Positions 9,539-19,225 of a stretch of 64,000 nucleotides of DNA are shown here, piece after piece. The notes under the pieces were generated by a model. It searched no databases. It saw only the letters and a list, made by a program, of their open reading frames with translations, and was not told where the DNA came from. Position numbers and translations under genes: made by a program. The DNA lies in NCBI GenBank assembly GCA_963829765.1, contig CAWHKI010000160.1, positions 26,997 through 90,996 on the forward strand. The letters are read 5' to 3'. Position 1 is the stretch's first letter, and each line of letters starts with the position of its first letter. This DNA is from an uncultured Isosphaeraceae bacterium. GTDB lineage: Bacteria > Planctomycetota > Planctomycetia > Isosphaerales > Isosphaeraceae.

Positions 9539-11160
9539 GCCAGCGGAAACCGCGCGAGCGGGACGAGTGACGCGACGCAAAGCGCGAGGATCGGCAACGA
9601 GACCGGCAGGAAAGAGAGTGGTCCAATCAGCATCGCGAGGGCGATTCCGCACGCCGTGAGGACGAGCCAAAGAGCCAAAATGCCCCCGATGTTGCGCCAC
9701 GACAAAAGCCCGCGCTCGAGAGCGGCGCGAAATCCCGCCAGGGCCGCCGCTCCCTTCACCAAGCCAATCGCTGCCACAAGAATCGAGATCATTGGATAAA
9801 GCCGGGCGAGTTGGCTTGGCTCCGACTTCGCGAGCCAGAATCCGCAGCCGCCGGCCGCAGCCAGGAACGAAAGGTAGAGCCCGACGGCCCCGTCGGCAAC
9901 CCAGCGCCGGCCGGTCAAGACGGGTACCAGTGCCCCGGTCAGAAGTCTCCAGCTCAGTGCGGGCAAAAGGATGCACGTCAACACAATGATCGCGGCGCCT
10001 TTTCCGCCAGGGTAGCGGCTGAAGAAATCGCGTGCGAGAACCGCGGCATTGTCGATGTTGTCCGATACGATCAGCCAAAACGTCGTGCCGGCCACCGCCA
10101 GCATCCAGTTGAGGAGCACGCTCTCCGCCGCCATTCGGAATTTGGCGGCCACCAGCCGGGCCGTCGTCATCGGCCGCGTGGCGATGAACGTGTTGCTTTG
10201 TACGAGCCCTCGCGTATGTTCCCAGAATGGTCTTAACCGGCCGAAAGCCGTTCCTGTCGCGGCGATCATGGTGACGACGACGATGGGCAGAAGCGCAAAG
10301 ATGATCGCCAGCCATTGGGGAGTGCCGCGCCCCTGTTTTAATAGCAAAATTCCCCAGACCACGAAGAGGTAGATGCTGACGAAGCCGTTGAGCATCAGCC
10401 CATGGCAGCCCCACTCATACGAGAGCTGGGCGTCGAATGCGGAACGAAACGGTCGTCTTGGGCGAGTCAGTGGCAGCAATCGAGCGACTTTGGCGAGCAT
10501 CGCCTGCGCAGGCCAAAACCGCCAGGCGATCCCGTGCCGGTCGCTGGCGACGGCCGCCCCTGCGACGAAGAAGGCGACGACGATGTAGAGCAACAGCACG
10601 AGTGCGGCCAGAATGTCCCAGCCGGGGCCTTTGGAAGTGAGCCAAATCGGAAATGCCCCCAAGGCGCCAAGGATGGCCACTAGGATGATCGTCGCGACTT
10701 CGCGAAGCCAGAACGGCTGAATCGGCATCCAAGCTACGGCCTGTGCCCAAGCCATCAAGCCAGCCAGCGCGAGTGCCGGAACCAGTACAGGAACCTGATA
10801 ACCCGCGGGGCGGTAAATCAATAGTGCCGACAACGTCAGTAAGAGGCCCCCGCTGGCCGTCGCGACCATCATCGGCCAGAAGACGAGTGTACGAGTTCGG
10901 ACGGGCAACGCGAGCATGAACCGCGGATACTGCGACGACAGGCTGCCGGCATCTTGCACGAAGAGCAGCGAGTTGAGCACGAAAGCGAAAACACCGACGA
11001 CTGGTACGACGCCCACGACAGTCGACGTCCCAGCCGGCGTGACAGAGGCCAAGAATGGGAACACAATCGCCCAGGTGACGAGCATCGCCGCCGCCACGAC
11101 GAAGCCGACTCGTTGGCGTGACCACAGACAGAAGGCGATGGCGAAGACCGGCGATTTCAT
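9505..11160 (-). CDS. multi-pass membrane protein, putative permease partner of the ABC ATPase
   Basis: Highly hydrophobic 551 aa from MKSPVFAIAFCLW. The start lies 4 nt downstream of the ABC ATPase stop, on the same strand. Confidence 0.7.
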   Translation of the reverse strand: MKSPVFAIAFCLWSRQRVGFVVAAAMLVTWAIVFPFLASVTPAGTSTVVGVVPVVGVFAFVLNSLLFVQDAGSLSSQYPRFMLALPVRTRTLVFWPMMVATASGGLLLTLSALLIYRPAGYQVPVLVPALALAGLMAWAQAVAWMPIQPFWLREVATIILVAILGALGAFPIWLTSKGPGWDILAALVLLLYIVVAFFVAGAAVASDRHGIAWRFWPAQAMLAKVARLLPLTRPRRPFRSAFDAQLSYEWGCHGLMLNGFVSIYLFVVWGILLLKQGRGTPQWLAIIFALLPIVVVTMIAATGTAFGRLRPFWEHTRGLVQSNTFIATRPMTTARLVAAKFRMAAESVLLNWMLAVAGTTFWLIVSDNIDNAAVLARDFFSRYPGGKGAAIIVLTCILLPALSWRLLTGALVPVLTGRRWVADGAVGLYLSFLAAAGGCGFWLAKSEPSQLARLYPMISILVAAIGLVKGAAALAGFRAALERGLLSWRNIGGILALWLVLTACGIALAMLIGPLSFLPVSLPILALCVASLVPLARFPLATLALDWNRHR

Positions 11161-11164
11161 CGTA

Positions 11165-12079
11165 TCAAGACTCCCTGTACGGGGCCGGGTGTGTACCAAC
11201 GCGAGCGACAAAAATCTCATCGAGCGACGGCGTATGCTCCTCGATGATCCGTCCACCGATCCCCACCGCCTCGCCCCTCAAGTCTTCCAGCGAGCCCAGG
11301 CAGGTCGCCGACCATTCGCGGCCGTCGCCCTCCCACCGCGACGAACCCGATAAAGTTGGCGGCGAAGCCAGTGGTTCGTCAAATCGCAGTGTCAGCCGGC
11401 GATGAGAGGCCTTGATCGCTTCGAGCGATTCGCACAGGACGATCCGGCCATGGTCCAAGAGCGCCACATGGTCAGATACCCGTTCGACCTCGTCGAGCAG
11501 ATGCGATGAAAAAATGACGGTCCGGCCTTCCTCGGCGACGGTTCGGATGATTGCCGCCAAGATTTCCCGGCGGACGATCGGGTCGAGCCCCGTCGATGGT
11601 TCGTCGAGCACGAGAAGCTCGGGCCGATACGCCAGGGCCGCGAGCAGACCGACCCGTGCCCGCTGGCCCTGCGAGAGCGTTTTGATACGGGCCCGAGGAT
11701 CGAGATCGAACTGCCTGCGCAAGTCTTCGGCGAAAGCGTCGTCCCAGGTCGGGTAAAACGCCCGCAGGTATCGCAAAAGTTCCGACAGCCGCATCCAGTC
11801 GGGCAAGTCACGATCCTCGCTGAGATAACCGATCCTCGCGAGCACATTCACCGGCTCGCGCACCGGGTCGAGTCCGAAAACTTTCACCGACCCGCTTTCG
11901 GCCTTCAAGAGACCGAGCAGATGTTTGATCAGCGTGGTCTTGCCCGCGCCGTTTTCGCCGACAAGACCGAAGACGACGCCCCTCGGCACGTCGAGGTTCA
12001 CCCTGTCGAGCGCGACGGTTCGCCCGAACCGGCGCGATAGTTGTTCAATTCTGACCACGGTGCCGTTGTCGTCGCTCAT
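11165..12079 (-). CDS. ABC transporter ATP-binding protein
   Basis: Walker A GENGAGKTT, signature LSQGQRARV, Walker B LLVLDEPSTGLD. Confidence 0.9.
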   Translation of the reverse strand: MSDDNGTVVRIEQLSRRFGRTVALDRVNLDVPRGVVFGLVGENGAGKTTLIKHLLGLLKAESGSVKVFGLDPVREPVNVLARIGYLSEDRDLPDWMRLSELLRYLRAFYPTWDDAFAEDLRRQFDLDPRARIKTLSQGQRARVGLLAALAYRPELLVLDEPSTGLDPIVRREILAAIIRTVAEEGRTVIFSSHLLDEVERVSDHVALLDHGRIVLCESLEAIKASHRRLTLRFDEPLASPPTLSGSSRWEGDGREWSATCLGSLEDLRGEAVGIGGRIIEEHTPSLDEIFVARVGTHPAPYRES

Positions 12080-12477
12080 GGCGTCACGTCTCCGCCTAAA
12101 GATTGCATGGCCTGGTCTCTGCTCGCGATCAGCTCACGCAGCTCATTCAAGTTGATCCCCAATTGCCGAGCTTCGGCGAGCAGCGCATCGACTCGCTCGG
12201 TGATGATCTTCAATCTCTCTTTCCGGGCCAAGGGCGAGCCGGCGTCTGATACGTAAGTGCCCGCCGTCCTCCGTTTCTCGACCACCCCCGCCGCCTCGAG
12301 CTCGCGATAGGCCCGCGCGACGGTGTTCGGATTCACCAGCAGCCGCTCCGCCAGCACCCGGATCGGCGGCATCTCCTCACCCGGCCCCAGCCGCCCCGAC
12401 GCAATCAGGTATTTCACCTGATTGACGATCTGCTGGTAAATCGGCACGCCGTCGCCAGCCGAGATGTGGATTTGCAC
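12076..12477 (-). CDS. GntR-family (YtrA-like) transcriptional regulator
   Basis: VQIHISAGDGVPIYQQIVNQVKYLIASGRLGPGEEMPPIRVLAERLLVNPNTVARAYRELEAAG is a winged-HTH GntR signature. GTG start at 12477 is assumed. There is a 4-nt overlap with the ABC gene. Confidence 0.8.
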   Translation of the reverse strand: MQIHISAGDGVPIYQQIVNQVKYLIASGRLGPGEEMPPIRVLAERLLVNPNTVARAYRELEAAGVVEKRRTAGTYVSDAGSPLARKERLKIITERVDALLAEARQLGINLNELRELIASRDQAMQSLGGDVTP

Positions 12478-12728
12478 GTCACCTGCCCCCGCGAAAATGG
12501 CCACTCGCGGATTGCGCACTTTTGTATTAAGACAATGATACAATTCTCGCGATGGTGTGTCAAGCAGCGATAGCGATTTTGGTGATTTCGATGCGAGCGA
12601 TCAGGCGGTAGCGGATGTATCGAGTGAATCAGCAGCAAGGCTCGGGGGGTCACTGATCCGGTACCTCGTCTTGACATCACCCCCCGGCGGTTCCGATGAT
12701 TGAGTTTCGGCCATCGCATCGTTGCTCA

Positions 12729-12814
12729 GCCGGAGTGGCGGAATTGGCAGACGCGCCAGCTTGAGGGGCTGGTCCGCTCACAAGCGGGTGCAGGTTCAAG
12801 TCCTGTCTCCGGCA
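12729..12814 (+). tRNA. tRNA-Leu (anticodon GAG), class II with long variable arm
   Basis: Folded by hand. Acceptor GCCGGAG/CTCCGGC; anticodon stem CCAGC/GCTGG with loop TTGAGGG; variable arm CCGC-TCACAA-GCGG; T arm GCAGG-TTCAAGT-CCTGT; discriminator A. CCA is not encoded. Confidence 0.85.
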
Positions 12815-12965
12815 ATGCTCACGATGAATTCTTCAGGCTTGTCTTACCGCATGGTAACGTTTGATCACGGCATTGCGTTGACATTTGCGTGATCCAATGG
12901 CCGGACTACAGAAGCGGGGCGGTAGATACCGAAACGTTCAATGCGCGTTGACCGAGAGGCACCGA

Positions 12966-13547
12966 ATGATAGCGTACACGGTAAGAAAACCAGGTCCCAA
13001 CACCGACAGGGAATTTAAAGCGTATATCGATTTGTTGCAGGATATTGGGATCGATATCGCCGATGTCCCGCGCACGCCCGAGCCTGGCAAGTCTAACCGA
13101 TGGCTCTATATTTGGACCGACAAGCGATTAGCGGAGAGATTTGCCCAGGAATTGGGATCGCGCCTTCGAGATCCGTCATGGTTCGTTCACGAATTTGAAC
13201 TCGCCGCCGCCGATTTGTCGAATGAAAGGCGTGGCCCGTTGGCTCCATTAACCATCCTTTCAATCCCGACTAGTGAGGGAACGGAATTCCGGCTCGAGCC
13301 TGCGAGCCAAGAAAGAATCCTGAAGCACTTCCCCAATGCGCGGCCGACAAAAGGTAAGGTGACATTTCCGGAGCACGTTCGCGAGGATTTCGAGCGGCAA
13401 AACGGTCCTGTTTGGAATCAAGTCATCATTTTGCTCACCGGTGTCCCGGAAGAGGCCATCGAACGCCTCGGGGGAGTTCGAATCGTTGACGATGAGGATG
13501 GACAGGTTCTTTATGAGGGCGTCCCCTCTGCCGCACTGCAATCATAG
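12966..13547 (+). CDS. hypothetical protein, candidate partner of the RES protein
   Basis: 193-aa ORF from MIAYTVRKPGPNTDREF, ending 26 nt upstream of the RES gene. No HTH or known domain recognised. Local GC is visibly lower. Confidence 0.45.
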   Translation: MIAYTVRKPGPNTDREFKAYIDLLQDIGIDIADVPRTPEPGKSNRWLYIWTDKRLAERFAQELGSRLRDPSWFVHEFELAAADLSNERRGPLAPLTILSIPTSEGTEFRLEPASQERILKHFPNARPTKGKVTFPEHVREDFERQNGPVWNQVIILLTGVPEEAIERLGGVRIVDDEDGQVLYEGVPSAALQS

Positions 13548-13573
13548 GCCGTTGACCTTTGAGGAAGGCGGCC

Positions 13574-14395
13574 ATGTTTTATCCAGTTGCGGCCAACGCC
13601 CCCCTGTATCGAATCACCGGAACTGGCGACGTTTGGCCTACGCCCCTCCATGGGCTAGGTGCATATTATTCAAAAGGAGGCAGATACAATTATGCCACTG
13701 AGCCGACTGTGTATTGCGCCGAAGATCCTCTCGCTGTGATTGGAGAAGCGGCATTTTATGATGCGCTTGAATGGCAGATGAGAGTCTCCAATCATCGGTT
13801 TAATCCCGTCCCTTACCCCCTCGTTTCGCGTCACAAATTGTGGTGCTTTTCCATCGACCCGGCCCCTGCGATCGTTGATCTTGAGCATGCACAAGCCATT
13901 GCTCAATTTCAACATACCCCGCACATGCTTTCGAATCCGAGCCTCAACCCCGCACGCGGACCTCACGTACCAGGACAGCCGCTTGCGCGAGACTATTTCG
14001 GGACGCAAGATTTGGCGAAAGACATCCGTGGCCATGTTCCGCCTCCTGGTTCACCGGCCCCTCGGCCAGAAGGCGTTAAAGCGCCCGCGATTCGCGTGAA
14101 AAGCATACCGAATTATCGAGCGCACCAGCTTTGCTTGTTCGTGTTTCCCGAAAGCGTTCATGTTCCCTATGAGAACCGGGCAATATTGCTGATGGAGTCT
14201 TCATTGGAATTGCGATTCCTACAGATGAATCCACGGCGAGCAGTAACGATTGCGACTGTTGATGTTGACTGGCTTAAACCTCAATTCCGCATTACGGGTC
14301 CAGGGGCGGTCAACATTCCCATTTACACTTCCCGCCCTGGATCGAGAATGTACCATCCAAATCGCTGGTACAACGTTGAGATCAAGTTCGCATAG
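13574..14395 (+). CDS. RES-domain protein (putative NAD-targeting toxin)
   Basis: GGRYNYATEPTVYCAEDPLAVIGEAAF supplies the Arg and Glu of the RES signature. IRVKSIPNYRAHQLCLFVF supplies the Ser motif. At 273 aa it is longer than typical RES toxins. Confidence 0.7.
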   Translation: MFYPVAANAPLYRITGTGDVWPTPLHGLGAYYSKGGRYNYATEPTVYCAEDPLAVIGEAAFYDALEWQMRVSNHRFNPVPYPLVSRHKLWCFSIDPAPAIVDLEHAQAIAQFQHTPHMLSNPSLNPARGPHVPGQPLARDYFGTQDLAKDIRGHVPPPGSPAPRPEGVKAPAIRVKSIPNYRAHQLCLFVFPESVHVPYENRAILLMESSLELRFLQMNPRRAVTIATVDVDWLKPQFRITGPGAVNIPIYTSRPGSRMYHPNRWYNVEIKFA

Positions 14396-14579
14396 TGCCG
14401 AACGACGACTCGGTGGTGTTGCGCTTGAGCGAGTAAAGGCCGAGGGCGGCCTACTCCCAGACTACCGTGCTTCGTCCGGGAACCTCCAAGGCCCAGCAGG
14501 GCACGCGGCTCCTCCTATTCTCACTTCGGTTGACAAGCGCAGCTCCAGATTATATCCTGGGACAAATGTCATGCTCTGA

Positions 14580-15447
14580 ATGTCGCCTTACGTTCATCAC
14601 GTAGCCCTCCATCTCATGACGCGCCCGCACGTAGCCCAAGATCGTCTCGAATCGGCGCGGCTCCACTACCAAGCCTGCGGATTGTGCGAGCACCGGTGCG
14701 GCGTTAATCGAGCATTGGGCGAGCGGGGCCCGTGCAAGGCGGGGCCGGTGGCGCGGGTGTACAAGCACCGGGTGGAATACGGTGAGGAGTGGGAGCTGGT
14801 TCCGTCCCACCTTTTTTACCTGTCCGGTTGCGACCTGAGGTGCGCGTTCTGCGTCGCGGAGGCCAATGCGTTCGACCCCCGGCGCGGGCGGCTGCTGACG
14901 GCCGAGTTCCTGGCGCAGGCGATCGAGCGGGGGAGTGAGGAAGGGGCTCGCACGCTCCAATGGGTTGGCGGCGAGCCGACGATACACCTGCCGGCCATTC
15001 TCGAGGCCATGGGGGGTTGCCCCGACCTGCCGCCGATCATCTGGAAGTCAGACTTCCACGGCACTCGCGAGGCATTCGCCCTGCTCGATGGCGTGGTCGA
15101 CGTCTACCTGGCCGACTTCAAGTTCGGTGACGACGCTTGCGACTCGGCGAATCGCCGGGGTCGAAAACTACCTGAAAATCGTGCGTCGCAACCTCGTCAC
15201 GGCCAGTCGCCAGGGGGACCTGATCGTCAGGCACTTGCTTCTGCCGGGCCACTTTGATTGCTGCTTCCGGCCGATTGTCTTGTGGTTGCGGGCGAATTTG
15301 CCCGGCGTAAAGTTCAGCATCCGCGACGGCTACTTGCCGAGCTGGCAGGCGTTTCGGCACGCCGACCTCGCCCGGCCGCTTGAGCCGGCAGCAGGCGCCC
15401 GCGCTCGCGATCTCGCCTGTCGCGCTGGGATGAGGGTCATCGAATGA
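14580..15447 (+). CDS. radical SAM protein, PflX-like (pyruvate formate-lyase activase homolog), one frame break near 15140
   Basis: YQACGLCEHRCGVNRALGERGPCKAG is the N-terminal Cys cluster typical of PflX. CDLRCAFC is the CxxxCxxC radical SAM motif. The C-terminal part IVRHLLLPGHFDCC is in ORF 14935..15447. Confidence 0.75.
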
Positions 15448-15698
15448 GAACGAAACGCGATCGAATACCGGAAGCGATCGATGAGTCAACCGAAAGCACG
15501 ATCACGATCCAACCCGATGGCCGGATCTTCGCGTTCGGGATCACGCAGCCTGTGGCCGCCGTGCTGGCGGCGATCCCGACATCGGACGAGCGCATGAAAA
15601 ACCTGCTCGGGCACATCACGGGCTTGAACGCCGAGTCCGCCAACTGCGCACCTCTAAAGACCCAGGAGATACCACGATGCCCGAGCCTGGAGCAATGA
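15444..15698 (+). CDS. small hypothetical protein
   Basis: 84 aa with an ATGA overlap with the radical SAM stop. TITIQPDGRIFAFGIT resembles the N-terminal hairpin of DUF2997 (EIEIRADGQVVVRTVGIKG). Confidence 0.4.
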   Translation: MRTKRDRIPEAIDESTESTITIQPDGRIFAFGITQPVAAVLAAIPTSDERMKNLLGHITGLNAESANCAPLKTQEIPRCPSLEQ

Positions 15699-15810
15699 AC
15701 GGACACCGCGAGCCAGCGTCTGCTGATGGCCGCCGAGAAATGCGGGCTGCCGGTGCGCGGTTCCAACTGCGCCCGCGCCTAGCACGAGACGCCCGACCGA
15801 CGAGCTGGAA

Positions 15811-17360
15811 GTGTTGATCCGTGCCCGATATCCCATCATTTACGTGGTGACCTGGGAGGAAGAGCGACTCGAACAACGCCTCCTCGAGATTGCCAAAAAA
15901 CGGAACAAGACGCTGCACATCTGGACGTGCAGTCAGGGCTTGGTCCAGTTTGGGACTGAGCCGCAGCGTGGCAAGACCGGAGCGGGGAACACGTGCGACC
16001 CCGTCGCGGGGCTCGACGCCGTGCTGGGTTATGTCGAACCCGGCATCTTCCTGTTCAAAGACCTGCACGATCATCTCGATGTGCGTGTTTGTCCCGGTAA
16101 TCTGAGGAACATCCGGCCCTGCGCGATGTTGCCCATGCCCTGCGCGACACCTACAAGACGGTGGTGCTGGTCTCTCCGATCATGAAGATTCCGGTCGAGC
16201 TCTCGAAGGATGTTGCCGTGGTCGAGTTTGGCACTCCGTCGGTCGACGATTTCAACCGACTGCTCGATCGGATTATCGATGACGTCAAGGACCAGCCGCG
16301 CATCAGCATTAGCCTCGATGACGAGGGACGAGAAAAGCTCGTCCATGCAGCGCGGGGGTTGACGCTGAAGGAGGCGGAGAATGTCTTCGCCAAAACGCTG
16401 GTTCTAGACGGTAAGCTCGACGCCGAGGATATCAGTGTCGTGTTCAGCGAGAAGCAGCAGATTATTCGCAAGAGCGGAACGCTCGAATATTACGAGAGCC
16501 AGGAGCGATTCGCGTCGGTGGCGGGGCTGGACAATCTGAAAGAGTGGCTCAACAAGCGGAGCGCGGCCTTCAGCGAGCGTGCCGCGCAGTTCGGTCTGCC
16601 GGCTCCCAAGGGAGTCCTGCTCCTGGGCGTGCAGGGCTGTGGCAAGAGCCTGTGCGCCAAGGCGGCCTCGAGCCTGTGGAAGCTGCCCCTCTTGCGGTTC
16701 GATATCGGACGGGTGTTCGGCAGCCTGGTGGGCTCGAGCGAAGAGTCGATGCGGCGGGCCATTCAAACGGCCGAGAGCGTCGCGCCCGCGATTCTCTGGA
16801 TCGACGAAATTGACAAGGCGTTCGCCGGTACCCAGGGATCGGCTGGGAGCGACGGTGGGACGGCCTCGCGGGTTTTCGGCACCTTCTTGACCTGGCTCTC
16901 GGAAAAGACCTCCCCGGTATTTGTGATTGCCACGGCCAACGACATCAGCCACCTCCCTCCGGAGCTGTTGCGCAAGGGCCGCGTCGACGAGATCTTTTTC
17001 GTCGACCTGCCCAACGAGGCCGAGCGCCGCGAGATCTTTCGCATCCACCTCGATAAACGGAAACGCGATCCGGCGAAGTTCGACCTTGACGGCTTGGCCC
17101 GGATGAGCGATGGATTCAGCGGAGCCGAGATCGAAGAGGCGATCATCTCCGGGCTTTACGATGCATTCAGCAACGGCACGGACCTTGACACGGCGACCCT
17201 GCGCACGGGCATCGCCGCCACCGTGCCCCTTTCCAAAACGATGAGCGAGGAGCTCAGCCGCCTGCGCAACTCGGCGCAGGGGCGGGCCCGGCCGTCAACC
17301 GGGCCGCTCAGGCAAACCGAACCCGACACCGCGGAGACACGGCGGAAGCTGGAGATCTGA
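15811..17360 (+). CDS. AAA+ ATPase, Ycf46-like (N-terminus unresolved, frame breaks at ~16090-16116)
   Basis: [20 protein letters not shown] is the Ycf46-type N-domain. Walker A GVQGCGKS, Walker [10 protein letters not shown], and [17 protein letters not shown]. Two single-base frame changes within ~20 nt join ORFs 15811..16185 and 16161..17360. Confidence 0.8.
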
Positions 17361-17407
17361 TCCCCGCCGTCGCCCTTGTCTCATTTTTCCAGAGAGGAGA
17401 CCGCCCC

Positions 17408-17868
17408 ATGAGCACCGTCCTTGTCGTGACACCCCTGGTCGTGGCATCGTGGCCACTCATGTCGGCGGCGATCACCGCCGCGGTCGGCACGATGGGCTTC
17501 GCCGCCGCCCAGAACCAGGGCCCGCGCGCACGGCAAATCATCGACCCTAAGATCCGCGCTGAGATCGAGCTGGAAGACAGCGAGATCCTGGCCGGCAGCG
17601 CCGGCGACGGCGAACAGATGATCGTCGGGCGCGACGGCATCCGCGCCGTTTTCAGCCGCGATGCGCGGGCGCCCTCAAGTTGTGCGTCGAAGGGAGCGGT
17701 CAATCCAAGGCCGAGCTGAAACGGATTGGCGAGGCGCTCGTCGGGCGGGTCACCCAGCAATACGCCTACCACCGGCTCGTGAGCGAGCTCAAAGACCGGC
17801 GGATGACCATCCTCGAGGAGCGAGTCGGCGACGACCAGGCGATCCACATCAGGGTTCGATCGGGATGA
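17408..17868 (+). CDS. DUF1257-like protein with N-terminal TM segment (frame break near 17670)
   Basis: The C-terminal RVTQQYAYHRLVSELKDRRMTILEERVGDDQAIHIRVRS matches the conserved DUF1257 tail (RVTQrYAYH...sIrL). The N-terminus MSTVLVVTPLVVASWPLMSAAITAAVG is hydrophobic. Confidence 0.55.
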
Positions 17869-17899
17869 GACATTCGGTTGTTTCAAGGGAGAAGCCGCG

Positions 17900-18115
17900 A
17901 TGAACGACGAAGAGATTGAAATCGAGATCAGGGCCGATGGCCAGGTCGTGGTGCGGACCGTGGGGATCAAGGGACCGCGGTGTTTGGACGTCGCGGAAGC
18001 GATCGCCCGCATCGTTGGCCGCGAAGAATCGCGTCAGTTGACCGACGAGTTTTACGAAGCCGGCATTCAGGTCCATTCGCACGTTGAGCAGCGGGTGCGC
18101 CGTTTCGATGTCTAA
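17900..18115 (+). CDS. DUF2997 domain protein
   Basis: 71 aa: MNDEEIEIEIRADGQVVVRTVGIKGPRCLDVAEAIARIVGREESRQLTDEFYE matches the DUF2997 pattern (I.I.pDG.V...v.G..G..C...T..iE..lG....T.Ey). Confidence 0.7.
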   Translation: MNDEEIEIEIRADGQVVVRTVGIKGPRCLDVAEAIARIVGREESRQLTDEFYEAGIQVHSHVEQRVRRFDV

Positions 18116-18137
18116 ACTGCAACGGGGCACGTGAGCC

Positions 18138-19184
18138 ATGCAATGCCCGAGCTGCCGTTTCGAGAACATGCCCGGTCTGGAATCGTGCGGGCGGTGCGGA
18201 ACATCGCTGCGTCTGAGCACGGCCGTGATCGATACCAGCCCGCCGAGGGCCTCGCGAATGGCAAAGCGGGTGCGCAAGGTTGTGCCGAGACGACTGCTCT
18301 ACCAGGCACGCGACGTCGCCGCCCAAGGGCGCGGCGTCATCGCCGGCGAGATTGTACATGAATCACAGATCCCCCTGCCCGAGCCCGATGTCCTCGCCCG
18401 CCTGATCGTTCCGGGCTGGGCCCACATCCACGCGGGGTTTAGCCTACGCGGCCGCGCCTTCCTGTGGGCGTACGTCGCCCTGCTCATGGTCGGCCTCGTG
18501 TTTTGGGGCACTCTTACTGGGTCGATTCTGCTGGGACTGACGTTTAGCGTCCATGCTTCTTCGGTGATGGATATCCTGATCCGCCAGGGGACGGTTCGTT
18601 TCCCCCGGATGATGGCCATGGCCGCACTCGTTTCGTTGGCACTCGGGGTGCTCATTTATTTCCCCGCCGCCCAGTTTCTAATGAGGATCGCGGCCCCGAT
18701 CGAGTTCTCGACCGACACCGATCTTTTTAAACGGCTCGACGTGGTGCTGGTGAACCGGTGGGCGTTCGCGTGGCGAGCACCGCACCGCGGTGATGTCGTG
18801 CTGTATAGCCCCCTCGATACATCTCGGCTGCGGACTGCCGATTATCAATTCGCCAATCTACGGTTCGCGTTCCGGGAGAATGAGCTGATTGACCGTTTGA
18901 TCGGTGTGCCCGGTGACCACGTGGTATGGAACAAGGGCACGCTCTCGGTCAATGGCAGGGCGGTCTCGTGGAGACCGCTTCTTTGGGAACGTTTACCGAA
19001 TCACCTCGAGGTCAGCGTCCCGGAGGGCCGCTACCTGATCCTGCCGACGACGTCGGTGGCGGCGCTTTGCAACACGGGTTCGCTGCCTTTCTGGACCGAA
19101 GGCGGCCTGATCACCCAGGGAGACATCCTGGGCGGCGCGTACCTGCGATCAAACCCTTTGTCACGTTTTTGGTTCATCCGGTGA
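18138..19184 (+). CDS. signal peptidase I (S26) fold membrane protein with N-terminal zinc ribbon, catalytic dyad apparently lost
   Basis: MQCPSCRFENMPGLESCGRCG is a zinc ribbon, followed by 3-4 TM helices. RGDVVLYSP and LIDRLIGVPGDHVVWNKGTLSVNGRAV are S26 boxes. The SM.PT box reads STDTDLF, the box D Lys is Asp (IDRLIG), and GDNR..S.DSR is absent. Confidence 0.65.
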   Translation: MQCPSCRFENMPGLESCGRCGTSLRLSTAVIDTSPPRASRMAKRVRKVVPRRLLYQARDVAAQGRGVIAGEIVHESQIPLPEPDVLARLIVPGWAHIHAGFSLRGRAFLWAYVALLMVGLVFWGTLTGSILLGLTFSVHASSVMDILIRQGTVRFPRMMAMAALVSLALGVLIYFPAAQFLMRIAAPIEFSTDTDLFKRLDVVLVNRWAFAWRAPHRGDVVLYSPLDTSRLRTADYQFANLRFAFRENELIDRLIGVPGDHVVWNKGTLSVNGRAVSWRPLLWERLPNHLEVSVPEGRYLILPTTSVAALCNTGSLPFWTEGGLITQGDILGGAYLRSNPLSRFWFIR

Positions 19185-19225
19185 AGTCCGGTCCGCGAAT
19201 TTGCCAGTGAAGGGAGACGTTTACT

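Noticed and set aside
8643-9659. ORF 8643..9659 + (338 aa).
   Set aside because: It is antisense to the RAYT gene and runs through REP repeats. It has no protein-like features.
15696-15783. The frame of ORF 15444..15698 stays open after its TGA for another 27 codons (TDTASQRLLMAAEKCGLPVRGSNCARA), hinting at readthrough or selenocysteine.
   Set aside because: No SECIS-like hairpin is obvious. Given the indel density and the unresolved N-terminus of the downstream AAA+ gene, an assembly artefact is more likely.
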